Origin: Enterocloster bolteae
GTDB lineage: Bacteria > Bacillota > Clostridia > Lachnospirales > Lachnospiraceae
Direction of reading: 5' to 3'
Assembly (NCBI GenBank): GCA_021772025.1
Contig: JAETNT010000005.1
Coordinates: 41,267 to 105,266, forward strand
Length of the DNA: 64,000 bases
Below the pieces are notes generated by a model. That model did not search any database. It was not told the origin of the DNA and saw nothing but the letters and a program-made list of their open reading frames with translations. Position numbers and translations under genes: made by a program. This document shows, piece by piece, positions 17,811 to 26,891 of this stretch (its first letter is position 1; each line of letters begins with the position of its first letter).

Positions 17811-19136
17811 ATGTTTACAAAAAAGGATTTAGTAAGGCTTCTGGCGCCGTTGATTATAGAGCAGATCTTAGCTGTGCTGGTGGGAATGGTAGACGTGGTT
17901 ATGGTAGCGGCTGTAGGGGAAACAGCGGTTTCCGGCGTTTCCTTGGTGGATGCTATTAATATGCTGATTATTCAAATGCTGGCAGCGTTAGCCACCGGAG
18001 GAGCAGTAGTTTCAGCCCAGTTTATTGGAAGGAAAGATACAGAAAAGGCCTGCAAGGCAGCAGGGCAGTTGATTTCCGTTACCATGATGGCATCCGTAGG
18101 TCTAATGATTTTTGCACTGATTACCAACAGAAGCCTTTTAAAGCTGGTGTTTGGAACTGTGGAAGAGGCGGTCATGGAAAATGCAGTAGTGTATTTTGCC
18201 ATCACGGCAGCATCTTTTCCTTTTTTAGCCCTTTATAATTCCTGTGCAGCACTATACCGCTCTATGGGAAATTCCAGAGTATCTATGACCGTTTCCATAA
18301 TTATGAATATGATGAATATCTTGGGAAATGCTGTCTGTATATTCAGGCTCCATATGGGGGTAGAAGGGGTGGCTTATCCTACGCTGGTTTCCCGCATGAC
18401 AGCAGCAATAATTATGCTTGCATTGATTCATAAGCCGTCTGATCAGATTTATCTGAAATCCTTTCGGGATTTGCGGCCCGATCGGCGGATGATTGGGAAC
18501 ATTCTTGGAGTAGGGATTCCTAATGGACTGGAAAACAGTATTTTCCAAGTGGGAAAATTGACTTTACAGAGCTTGGTATCTTCTTTGGGAACCACGGCCC
18601 TGGCCAGCTATGCAGTAGCGTCTAATGTAGTGACGCTCCAATATCTTCCGGGCAATGCTATTGGCTTGGGAATGATTACCATTATCGGCCAGTGCGTAGG
18701 AGCAGGGGAGATCCAACAGGCCAAAGGATATGCTAAGCTTCTGGTAAAACTAAATTATATCTGCCTGGTGGTAATCTGTACTGCCATGCTTTTGGGAGGC
18801 AGATATATAGTAGGTATATACAACCTTTCTCCGGCAGCAGCAGAGGAAGCCAGGCGGATGATGACTGCTCATGCCTGCGCTATGACTATTTGGCCCTTGG
18901 CCTTTGCCCTGCCCAATGCGCTGCGGGCCAGCCTGGATGCTAAGTTTACCATGCTGGTGTCTGTAAGTTCCATGTGGATTTTTCGGGTAGCATTGGCATA
19001 TTGGTTTGTAAAGGGCCTGAATTTGGGCATTATGGGAGTTTGGTATGGAATGTTTGCAGACTGGGGGTTCCGGGCGATTCTGTTTACCATTCGGTTTGCA
19101 AGCTTTGGAAAGAGAAAAATTAGAAAATTGGAATAA
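17811..19136 (+). CDS. MATE-family multidrug efflux transporter
   Basis: 12 predicted TM helices and MATE-like N-terminus LAPLIIEQILAVLVGMVDVVMVAAVGETAVSGVSLV. ATG after GGAGAG. Confidence 0.85.
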   Translation: MFTKKDLVRLLAPLIIEQILAVLVGMVDVVMVAAVGETAVSGVSLVDAINMLIIQMLAALATGGAVVSAQFIGRKDTEKACKAAGQLISVTMMASVGLMIFALITNRSLLKLVFGTVEEAVMENAVVYFAITAASFPFLALYNSCAALYRSMGNSRVSMTVSIIMNMMNILGNAVCIFRLHMGVEGVAYPTLVSRMTAAIIMLALIHKPSDQIYLKSFRDLRPDRRMIGNILGVGIPNGLENSIFQVGKLTLQSLVSSLGTTALASYAVASNVVTLQYLPGNAIGLGMITIIGQCVGAGEIQQAKGYAKLLVKLNYICLVVICTAMLLGGRYIVGIYNLSPAAAEEARRMMTAHACAMTIWPLAFALPNALRASLDAKFTMLVSVSSMWIFRVALAYWFVKGLNLGIMGVWYGMFADWGFRAILFTIRFASFGKRKIRKLE

Positions 19137-19356
19137 GCTGCCGGAATAGGAAAAGCCTGTTGCCTCAAATTTATTTCTGTCATAAGCGTTTGAGGCGGCA
19201 GGCTATAATTTTAATATTTTTAACTGCATGAGGTTTAGCTCCTTTACCAAATGCTCCAGAATTTTACAGAGAGAGACAAACGGTCTAAAATTTTTTGAAT
19301 GTTGGAGATAGTACTCTGAATTTCCTGAATATTATAATTTAAAAAGATAGGGTTCC

Positions 19357-19760
19357 TCAACCTTTTGAAGTTGGTCTGCCAACTGCTTTAAATTTATGGA
19401 CTTCTTTGGAGAACCTGTTTCCCCGGAATCTTTCCATTTTATTAGAGTCATCGTCGTAATCTATGGAAGGCAGGCCGATAGAGCCATAGCTATATTTCTT
19501 CCATTCATTTACCGAGGAAATCCCCTTGGTTAGATCATTATCGGTAACAGCCGCTATAAATGGCTTTGCGAGGAAAATTATTAAACTGCGTGGAGATCTT
19601 TCGTTTTTCCTGTTTTGACACAATGACATCACCAACACCGAAGTCAATTCTGAACAGTGTTCTGGTGTTCTTGACTCGTGCCACAAGGGAAACTCCGATA
19701 CCAGCATACTTTTTTGCAACAGCAATCGACGCAGGAACTCTCCCAGGGAGAAAAGCTGCG
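19357..19760 (-). pseudogene. Degenerate frameshifted gene remnant of unknown family
   Basis: Two protein-like reading-frame segments on the minus strand, AKKYAGIGVSLVARVKNTRTLFRIDFGVGDVIVSKQEKRKISTQFNNF then a frame switch to PFIAAVTDNDLTKGISSVNEWKKYSYGSIGLPSIDYDDDSNKMERFRGNRFSKEVHKFK. No start codon is found for the first segment. Confidence 0.25.
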
Positions 19761-19967
19761 GGCAGAGGTAATAAGTTCTGCCGCTTTCAGCGGCTTTGCT
19801 TTTCGGTCTTGCAAGCACAGACGCAGCAATATCAGCCATTCAAAAGCACCTCTATTACACCTTTTTACAGAATATGGCTACTTCATATTTTTAGATTTCT
19901 TCTCTTATATTGTTCCATAAAGAGAAATGTGCTATATTGTCGATATGGGAAAACCATAGAGCTAAAG

Positions 19968-20068
19968 GCGGGTATACCGATATGCCCGAAAAACAGGGCA
20001 AAAAGGAGGAAACACCCTGCGGGTATACCGATATGCCCGGAAAACAGGGCAAAAAGGAGGAAACAGAC
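19968..20068 (+). repeat. Two-copy 51-bp tandem direct repeat ending at the start codon of the downstream gene
   Basis: GCGGGTATACCGATATGCCCG[A/G]AAAACAGGGCAAAAAGGAGGAAACA occurs twice (19968 and 20019). Each copy carries the palindrome GGTATACC and an AAAGGAGG ribosome-binding site. Confidence 0.85.
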
Positions 20069-21985
20069 ATGTCGGAATTAAGATTTGAAAAAATGAAGAT
20101 ACAGGGGGCGGATCTGGGGGAAGAATCCTGCGTGCCTGATTTGCTGGGGGAGCATGTTCTTCAGAATCATTTGAGGTTTTGCTTGGATGAAGCAGATGAA
20201 ATATATGAAGGATACGGAAGCAGAAAAAATGCTTATCCATACCGGCAGTATAACAGCTACACAAGAAAATTGAAAGAAAAAGAGCTCAGAACAGCAGTAT
20301 TGGAAAATAAATATTTAAAAGCGGTTTTTTTACCGGAATATGGCGGCAGGCTCTGGGAATTATGGGATAAGGAGACGGGAACGAACCTTTTATATACCAA
20401 CGATGTCCTTAGGTTCAGTAATCTGGCCGTACGAAATGCATGGTTCAGCGGAGGTGTGGAATGGAATATTGGGATTATAGGCCATCATCCTTACACAGTC
20501 TCTCCTTTATATACAGCAGTGACGGAAACCAAAACAGGAGCCCCGGTTTTGCGTATGTATGAATATGAACGTATCAGGAAAGTGCCTTATCAGATGGATT
20601 TCTGGCTGGAAGAGGAAGATCGATCCTTGAATTGCAGAATGAGAATTGTAAATGAAAGTAATAAGGTTATCCCCATGTACTGGTGGAGCAATATCGCTGT
20701 TCCTGAATATGAAGGCGGACGAATCACAGTTCCGGCAGAAAAAGCTTTTACCAATAGAGACGGCACAGTTTTTAAAGTAAATATTCCCATAGTGGATGGG
20801 GCTGATATTACAGATTATAAAGAAATCCCCCAATCTGTAGACTACTTTTTTGAAATTGATGATAAAAAGCCCAAATATATTGCGAATTTAAATAAAGACG
20901 GTTATGGACTTTTGCATACGTCTACACAAAGACTAAAGAGCAGAAAGCTTTTCTCATGGGGGAAGGGGCAGGCATCTGACCATTGGCAGGAATTCTTAAC
21001 GGATAAAGCGGGAAGATATATTGAAATCCAGGCGGGGTTGGCAAAAACACAATACGGCTGTATTCCGATGGCTCCTCATACTGCATGGGAATGGTTGGAA
21101 CAGTATGGACCTGTAAAATTGACGGGAGGCTGTCAATCTCATCAGGATAGAGAACAACGGCTGACGGGTATTTTAGAGAATTTGAACAATGCAGAACATA
21201 TGGAAAGAAAACTGCAGGAAACGGCTGCTATGGCAAAGACAAAAGCGAGGGTTATTATGACAGGGAGCGGATACGGCGCCCTTGAGGAACGTGGAAAATG
21301 GTCTGAACACTTAGAATTTTTTATAACATCAGACTCTTTAAAACAATGGAAGCGCTTTTTTGAAACGGGAGCTTTGCATAAACCGCCTGTAAATAATATA
21401 CCGGATGAATTTCTTATAAACAGTGAGAATTTAGAATTTTTGGTAAAGACATTGGAAACTGTAAATAAAGAAAACTGGTATGCCTATTATCAGGCAGGCA
21501 TTGGATGCTTCTCAAAAGAAGATTATAAGAATGCAGAGAAATTTTTGCTTAAGTCCCAGAATATAGAGTCTAATCCATGGGCATGCCATGGCCTGGCATG
21601 TACGTATCTGCTTACAGGAAGGGATCAGGAGGCGGCCAAATGGATGCTGGAAGGTCTGAAAATAGAAAGCAGAATATCTTATTTGAAAGAAGGCTTAAGA
21701 ATATTATTCAGCTGTAAAGCATATACAGAAATTATTGATCTTTTTGAGAGACAAAACAGGGAAACCCAGGAGGTGGGAAGGATTAAGTTTTATTATATCA
21801 GCGCTCTTCACCGGCTTGGAGAAGATAGAAAGGCTTATGAAATTATGGAAGAGAAAGGGGGGATTGTCATTGATGATATTCGTGAAGGGGAGGAGTCGGT
21901 TTCTCAGCTCTGGAGCGAATTATATGAAAAGCTATATGCCGTAAAGGCGCCGGTTCCGTATAAGTACGATTTTAAGGCATCTTAA
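20069..21985 (+). CDS. Large soluble protein; N-terminal domain possibly DUF5107-like, C-terminal TPR-like helical repeats
   Basis: ATG at 20069 is 9 nt after the second AAAGGAGG copy. The listed ORF start 19910 reads through the duplicated leader and is unlikely. Family naming is uncertain. Confidence 0.5.
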   Translation: MSELRFEKMKIQGADLGEESCVPDLLGEHVLQNHLRFCLDEADEIYEGYGSRKNAYPYRQYNSYTRKLKEKELRTAVLENKYLKAVFLPEYGGRLWELWDKETGTNLLYTNDVLRFSNLAVRNAWFSGGVEWNIGIIGHHPYTVSPLYTAVTETKTGAPVLRMYEYERIRKVPYQMDFWLEEEDRSLNCRMRIVNESNKVIPMYWWSNIAVPEYEGGRITVPAEKAFTNRDGTVFKVNIPIVDGADITDYKEIPQSVDYFFEIDDKKPKYIANLNKDGYGLLHTSTQRLKSRKLFSWGKGQASDHWQEFLTDKAGRYIEIQAGLAKTQYGCIPMAPHTAWEWLEQYGPVKLTGGCQSHQDREQRLTGILENLNNAEHMERKLQETAAMAKTKARVIMTGSGYGALEERGKWSEHLEFFITSDSLKQWKRFFETGALHKPPVNNIPDEFLINSENLEFLVKTLETVNKENWYAYYQAGIGCFSKEDYKNAEKFLLKSQNIESNPWACHGLACTYLLTGRDQEAAKWMLEGLKIESRISYLKEGLRILFSCKAYTEIIDLFERQNRETQEVGRIKFYYISALHRLGEDRKAYEIMEEKGGIVIDDIREGEESVSQLWSELYEKLYAVKAPVPYKYDFKAS

Positions 21986-22102
21986 TGTTTTTATAAAACT
22001 TCAAACGGGTATAAGATGAAATTAGTCATTACTGTATGTTTTATCTAAAGGGGGAACTCTCACGAAAGGGAAATATCCGCCGTCAGCCAGCGGAATCGCC
22101 AG

Positions 22103-22137
22103 GCAGGGAACTTGAAAACAGGTTTCCTGCTTTTTTA
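22103..22137 (+). terminator. Rho-independent terminator
   Basis: GCAGGGAAC-ttgaaaaca-GGTTTCCTGC followed by TTTTTT. Confidence 0.7.
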
Positions 22138-22169
22138 TAATGACAGAACGGAAACTTTTTACAAATATT

Positions 22170-22212
22170 TTAGCACTCACCGCTTGACAGTGCTAACAAT
22201 AAGTGTTATATT
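22170..22212 (+). promoter_or_regulatory. CIRCE (HrcA operator) overlapping a sigma-A promoter upstream of clpB
   Basis: TTAGCACTC-N9-CAGTGCTAA (22170-22196) versus consensus TTAGCACTC-N9-GAGTGCTAA. TTGACA (22184-89), 17-nt spacer, TATATT (22207-12). Confidence 0.8.
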
Positions 22213-22268
22213 ACGCATAGAACAAATAAAAATTTTCTATTTTACATGTTCCGAAAGGAGGAGCAAGT

Positions 22269-24860
22269 ATGAATATCAATAAATTTACTCAAAAATCTCT
22301 TGCTGCTGTCCAGGGCTGCGAGAAGCTGGCTTATGAATACGGAAACCAGCAGATGGAACAAGAGCACCTGCTGGTCAGCCTTTTAACTTTGGAGGACAGC
22401 TTGATTTTAAAGCTGATTGCCAAAATGGAGATCCAGCCGGAGATGTTTACAGGAGAGGCGGAAAAGCTTTTAGAAAAACTTCCCAAGGTCAGCGGAGGCG
22501 GTCAGTTATATGTCAGCAATGATTTAAATAAAGTCCTGGTAAACGCAGAGGACGAAGCAAAAGCCATGGGCGACGAGTATGTGTCCGTGGAGCATTTGTT
22601 CCTGGCAATGGCAAAACAGCCGGACCATGCCATTAAGGAACTATTCCGGCTTTATAATATTACCCGAGAGCGGTTCCTTCAGGCCCTTTCCACGGTCCGG
22701 GGGAACCAGCGGGTAGTAAGCGATAACCCGGAGGCCACTTACGATACCTTAAATAAATATGGTTATGACCTGGTGGAGCGGGCCAGGGATCAAAAACTAG
22801 ATCCGGTTATCGGCCGTGACAGCGAGATCCGAAATGTAGTTCGTATCTTATCCAGAAAGACCAAAAATAATCCGGTTTTAATCGGAGAGCCCGGAGTTGG
22901 AAAGACTGCCGTGGTGGAGGGCCTGGCCCAGCGGATTGTCCGAGGGGATGTGCCGGAAGGATTGAAAAATAAGAAATTATTTGCCTTGGATATGGGGGCA
23001 CTGGTGGCAGGGGCCAAATACCGGGGCGAGTTTGAAGAGCGGTTAAAAGCTGTCTTAGAGGAAGTAAAAAAGAGTGAAGGACAGATTATTCTATTTATTG
23101 ATGAGCTTCACACCATCGTAGGAGCGGGAAAAACGGAAGGCTCTATGGATGCCGGAAATATGCTGAAGCCAATGCTGGCCAGAGGCGAGCTTCACTGTAT
23201 CGGTGCAACTACTTTAGATGAGTACCGCAAATATATTGAGAAGGATGCCGCCTTAGAGCGCCGGTTTCAGCCGGTTATGGTGGAAGAACCTACGGTAGAG
23301 GATACTATCTCTATCTTGAGAGGGTTAAAAGAACGCTACGAGGTATTCCATGGCGTTAAAATTAACGATTCTGCCCTGGTTTCTGCAGCGGTTCTTTCTA
23401 ATCGATATATCAGCGACCGGTTTCTGCCGGATAAAGCCATTGATCTGGTGGATGAGGCCTGCGCCCTTATCAAAACAGAGATGGATTCTATGCCTGCGGA
23501 GCTGGATGAATTGTCCAGAAAAACTATGCAGATGGAGATAGAAGAAGCGGCTTTAAAGAAAGAAACGGATCGCTTAAGTCAGGATCGACTGGCGGACTTA
23601 CAGAAGGAACTGGCGGAGCTCCACGATGAATTTGCCGCCAAGAAGGCTCAATGGGAAAATGAAAAAGCCAGTGTAGAACGTTTATCCTCCCTGCGGGAAG
23701 AAATTGAAAATGTAGGCCGTCAGATTCAGGATGCTCAGCAGAAGTATGATTTAAATAAAGCCGCCGAGCTTCAATATGGAAAGCTTCCGCAGCTTCAGAA
23801 GGAATTGGAAGCAGAGGAAGAAAAAGTCCGCAGTCAGGATTTAAGTTTGGTCCGTGAGAGTGTTTCGGAAGATGAGATTGCCAGAATTATCTCCCGCTGG
23901 ACAGGGATTCCGGTGTCCAAGCTGACGGAGAGCGAGCGCAGCAAGACGCTGCATTTAGATGAGGTTCTGCATAAGCGGGTTATCGGCCAGGACGAAGGAG
24001 TAGAGAAGGTTACCGAGGCGATTATTCGTTCTAAAGCCGGAATTAAGGATCCTACAAAGCCAATCGGATCTTTCCTCTTCTTAGGACCTACCGGCGTGGG
24101 CAAAACCGAACTTGCTAAAGCTTTGGCAGAGGCTTTGTTCGATGATGAGACCAATATGGTTCGTATCGATATGAGCGAGTATATGGAGAAACATTCCGTA
24201 GCACGGTTAATCGGAGCGCCTCCAGGATACGTAGGATACGAGGAAGGGGGACAGCTTACCGAGGCAGTAAGAAGAAAACCTTATTCTGTTGTTCTTTTTG
24301 ATGAGGTGGAAAAGGCTCATCCGGATGTATTTAATGTCCTTTTACAGGTGCTGGATGATGGCAGAATTACAGATTCCATGGGAAAGACGGTGGATTTTAA
24401 AAATACTATTTTGATTATGACTTCTAACATAGGTTCACAATACTTGTTAGAGGGAATTGATGAAATGGGAAATATCCGCTCTGACGCAGAGGACATGGTG
24501 ATGAATGAGCTGCGCGCCCATTTCCGGCCGGAGTTTCTGAACCGTTTGGATGAGACCATTCTTTTTAAGCCCCTTACAAGGGACAATATCAGCGGCATTG
24601 TGGATCTGCTGATTGCGGATGTGAACAAGCGTCTGGCGGATAAAGAATTAAAGGTGGAACTGACCATTCCGGCCAAAGACTTTGTCACGGAGCGGGGATA
24701 TGATCCGGTATATGGAGCCCGGCCTTTAAAGAGGTATCTCCAGAAACATGTGGAAACCCTGGCTGCCCGGCTGATTTTAAGCGACGGTGTCAGAGCCGGA
24801 AATACCATTGTTATTGACGTATCTGAAAATGGTGAAAAATTGATTGCTTATGCGGAATAA
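22269..24860 (+). CDS. clpB: ATP-dependent chaperone ClpB
   Basis: Clp N domain, two AAA+ modules ([16 protein letters not shown]), a long middle coiled coil, 863 aa. Confidence 0.95.
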   Translation: MNINKFTQKSLAAVQGCEKLAYEYGNQQMEQEHLLVSLLTLEDSLILKLIAKMEIQPEMFTGEAEKLLEKLPKVSGGGQLYVSNDLNKVLVNAEDEAKAMGDEYVSVEHLFLAMAKQPDHAIKELFRLYNITRERFLQALSTVRGNQRVVSDNPEATYDTLNKYGYDLVERARDQKLDPVIGRDSEIRNVVRILSRKTKNNPVLIGEPGVGKTAVVEGLAQRIVRGDVPEGLKNKKLFALDMGALVAGAKYRGEFEERLKAVLEEVKKSEGQIILFIDELHTIVGAGKTEGSMDAGNMLKPMLARGELHCIGATTLDEYRKYIEKDAALERRFQPVMVEEPTVEDTISILRGLKERYEVFHGVKINDSALVSAAVLSNRYISDRFLPDKAIDLVDEACALIKTEMDSMPAELDELSRKTMQMEIEEAALKKETDRLSQDRLADLQKELAELHDEFAAKKAQWENEKASVERLSSLREEIENVGRQIQDAQQKYDLNKAAELQYGKLPQLQKELEAEEEKVRSQDLSLVRESVSEDEIARIISRWTGIPVSKLTESERSKTLHLDEVLHKRVIGQDEGVEKVTEAIIRSKAGIKDPTKPIGSFLFLGPTGVGKTELAKALAEALFDDETNMVRIDMSEYMEKHSVARLIGAPPGYVGYEEGGQLTEAVRRKPYSVVLFDEVEKAHPDVFNVLLQVLDDGRITDSMGKTVDFKNTILIMTSNIGSQYLLEGIDEMGNIRSDAEDMVMNELRAHFRPEFLNRLDETILFKPLTRDNISGIVDLLIADVNKRLADKELKVELTIPAKDFVTERGYDPVYGARPLKRYLQKHVETLAARLILSDGVRAGNTIVIDVSENGEKLIAYAE

Positions 24861-24883
24861 AAAATCAAATGAAATACAGCCAA

Positions 24884-24923
24884 AGGAGGCGCCGGAAGCA
24901 GAATACCGGCGCCTCCTTTTTCG
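24884..24923 (+). terminator. Rho-independent terminator after clpB
   Basis: AAAGGAGGCGCCGG-aagcagaata-CCGGCGCCTCCTTT followed by TTCG. Confidence 0.85.
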
Positions 24924-25050
24924 ATCAGATATACATTTGGAAAAATCTATATATTTTGTAAGAGAAATGTAAGGCAAACTCGTTTCATTTATGGTAAGAT
25001 AGTAGCCAGATAGAGGCGATAGGCCAAAAGACCAATGAGGAGGAAAAGAC

Positions 25051-25761
25051 ATGGCTGAAACCAACATTTTAGTGGTAGATGATGAAAAAGAGATTGCGGA
25101 TCTGATTGAGATTTATTTAGTCAGTGATGGCTATAAAGTATTTAAAGCCAATAATGCCAGCGAGGGCCTGAACATTTTAGAAAAAGAAGAAGTCCACCTG
25201 GTCCTGCTGGATATTATGATGCCGGGTATGGACGGCTTGGAAATGTGCAAAAAAATACGGGAGACCAATAACATTCCGATTATTATGCTCAGCGCCAAGT
25301 CTACAGATTTAGATAAGATCCTGGGATTGGGAACCGGCGCTGACGATTATGTAACCAAACCCTTTAACCCCTTGGAGCTTACGGCAAGGGTCAAGTCCCA
25401 GCTTAGACGTTACACTCAGCTGAATCCCAGCAGTGCGGTTCACGCAGAGGCCAGTGGAAAAAACGAGATTATTATTCGGGGACTGACGATTAATAAAGAT
25501 AACCACAAGGTTTCCGTGTATGGAGAAGAGATTAAGCTGACTCCCATTGAATTTGATATTCTGTACCTGTTGGCTTCCAATCCGGGACATGTATTCAGCA
25601 CCGATGAAATTTTTGAAAAAGTATGGAATGAGAAGGTTTATGAAGCCAACAACACTGTCATGGTACATATCCGGAGATTGAGAGGCAAGATGAAGGAGGA
25701 CACCAGACAAAATAAGATCATTACAACTGTGTGGGGAGTAGGATACAAGATTGAAAAATGA
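25051..25761 (+). CDS. OmpR-family response regulator
   Basis: Receiver domain (VVDDE, LLDIMMPGMDG, KPF) plus winged-helix C-terminus. Confidence 0.9.
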   Translation: MAETNILVVDDEKEIADLIEIYLVSDGYKVFKANNASEGLNILEKEEVHLVLLDIMMPGMDGLEMCKKIRETNNIPIIMLSAKSTDLDKILGLGTGADDYVTKPFNPLELTARVKSQLRRYTQLNPSSAVHAEASGKNEIIIRGLTINKDNHKVSVYGEEIKLTPIEFDILYLLASNPGHVFSTDEIFEKVWNEKVYEANNTVMVHIRRLRGKMKEDTRQNKIITTVWGVGYKIEK

Positions 25762-26884
25762 TATGAGCGGGCGTTTTTATGCCCGGGTAGTCGCTAATAT
25801 TTTTTATAGTGCGGCCATCGCCTGCCTGGTGGAAATTTTTCTGGTAACAAACATCTCTATGATTACGGATTATCTGAGGGACAGCGGCAGAGGCGGCCGG
25901 CTTTTGGAAGGGACGGGAGCTGCTACAGTGGGAGTGCTGTGTTATGTCCTTTTGGGGATAGCAGTATTTTCAGTGGTTTTTCTGGTCCTCCAACGGAGAA
26001 CTCTGGAATACATTCACAAGCTTTACGAGGCCATGCAAAATATCTCGGAGGGGGATTTGACCACAGAGGTAGAGGTGGTGGGAGATGATGAATTTTCCAG
26101 CATGGCGGCCAGCTTAAACCAGATGACCCAGGATATCCGAAACCTTATGGACAAAGAGCGGGAGGCAGAGCGGACCAAAAACGAGCTGATTACCAATGTG
26201 GCTCATGACTTGCGAACTCCTTTAACGTCAATTATCGGTTATCTGGAGCTTCTGTCCACCGGAACGTCCATTCCTCCGGAAATGGAGAAAAAATACATTG
26301 ATATTGCCTATACAAAGGCAAAGCGTCTGGAAAAGCTGATTGAAGATTTATTTGGCTTTACCAAGCTAAATTACGGAAAGATTTCTATGAAGGTTTCCCA
26401 GGTGGATGTGATTAAACTTTTAAGCCAGCTTTTGGAAGAATTTTATCCCAGCTTTGCAGAGAAGAATCTTGTTTACGAATTACGCAGCAACGTACCTGCC
26501 AAGGTTATTACAGCGGATGGCAATCTTTTGGCAAGACTATTCGATAATCTGATTAATAACGCCATAAAATACGGAGCAGAGGGAAAACGAATTTTGGTAG
26601 ACGTGGAGGCGGATGAGACAATTGTCAAGATTTCCGTAACTAATTTCGGATATGTAATACCGGAAAAAGAATTGCCTATGCTGTTTCATAAGTTTTACCG
26701 GGTAGAACATTCCCGATCTTCGGCTACCGGGGGCACTGGTCTTGGACTTGCTATTTCTAAGAATATTGTGGACATGCACGGAGGGGACATTTATGTTTCC
26801 AGCGATTTAAACGGTACAGTGTTTACGGTAAAGCTTAAGGTGGATTTTGACATTAATAAAGAAAATTTTGGTAAGATTGGATGA
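25751..26884 (+). CDS. Sensor histidine kinase (2 TM, HAMP, HisKA, HATPase_c)
   Basis: H-box NVAHDLRTPLTSI and N/G boxes NLINNAIKYG, GGTGLGLAISKNIV. Overlaps the response-regulator stop by 11 nt. Confidence 0.9.
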   Translation: MKNDMSGRFYARVVANIFYSAAIACLVEIFLVTNISMITDYLRDSGRGGRLLEGTGAATVGVLCYVLLGIAVFSVVFLVLQRRTLEYIHKLYEAMQNISEGDLTTEVEVVGDDEFSSMAASLNQMTQDIRNLMDKEREAERTKNELITNVAHDLRTPLTSIIGYLELLSTGTSIPPEMEKKYIDIAYTKAKRLEKLIEDLFGFTKLNYGKISMKVSQVDVIKLLSQLLEEFYPSFAEKNLVYELRSNVPAKVITADGNLLARLFDNLINNAIKYGAEGKRILVDVEADETIVKISVTNFGYVIPEKELPMLFHKFYRVEHSRSSATGGTGLGLAISKNIVDMHGGDIYVSSDLNGTVFTVKLKVDFDINKENFGKIG

Positions 26885-26891
26885 GCAATAT

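Noticed and set aside
19910-20068. The ORF-track start at 19910 for the large + strand gene (53-codon N-terminal extension MFHKEK...GYTDMPEKQGKKEETPCGYTDMPGKQGKKEET)
   Set aside because: The extension is the in-frame translation of the duplicated 51-bp leader, each copy of which carries an RBS. The ATG at 20069 with AAAGGAGG 9 nt upstream is the credible start.
19968-20068. Possible CRISPR array
   Set aside because: There are only two repeat copies, contiguous with no spacers. The 51-bp unit contains an RBS and abuts a start codon. No cas genes are present.
19560-20081. 173-aa + strand ORF (MALRGKLLNC...) and the 160-aa minus ORF 19357..19839 taken as intact genes
   Set aside because: Their composition is Cys/Trp/Arg-rich and non-protein-like, and there are no RBSs. 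They are read-through frames of a degraded region and of the tandem repeat. Only the 3' portion of the minus ORF looks like a genuine remnant.
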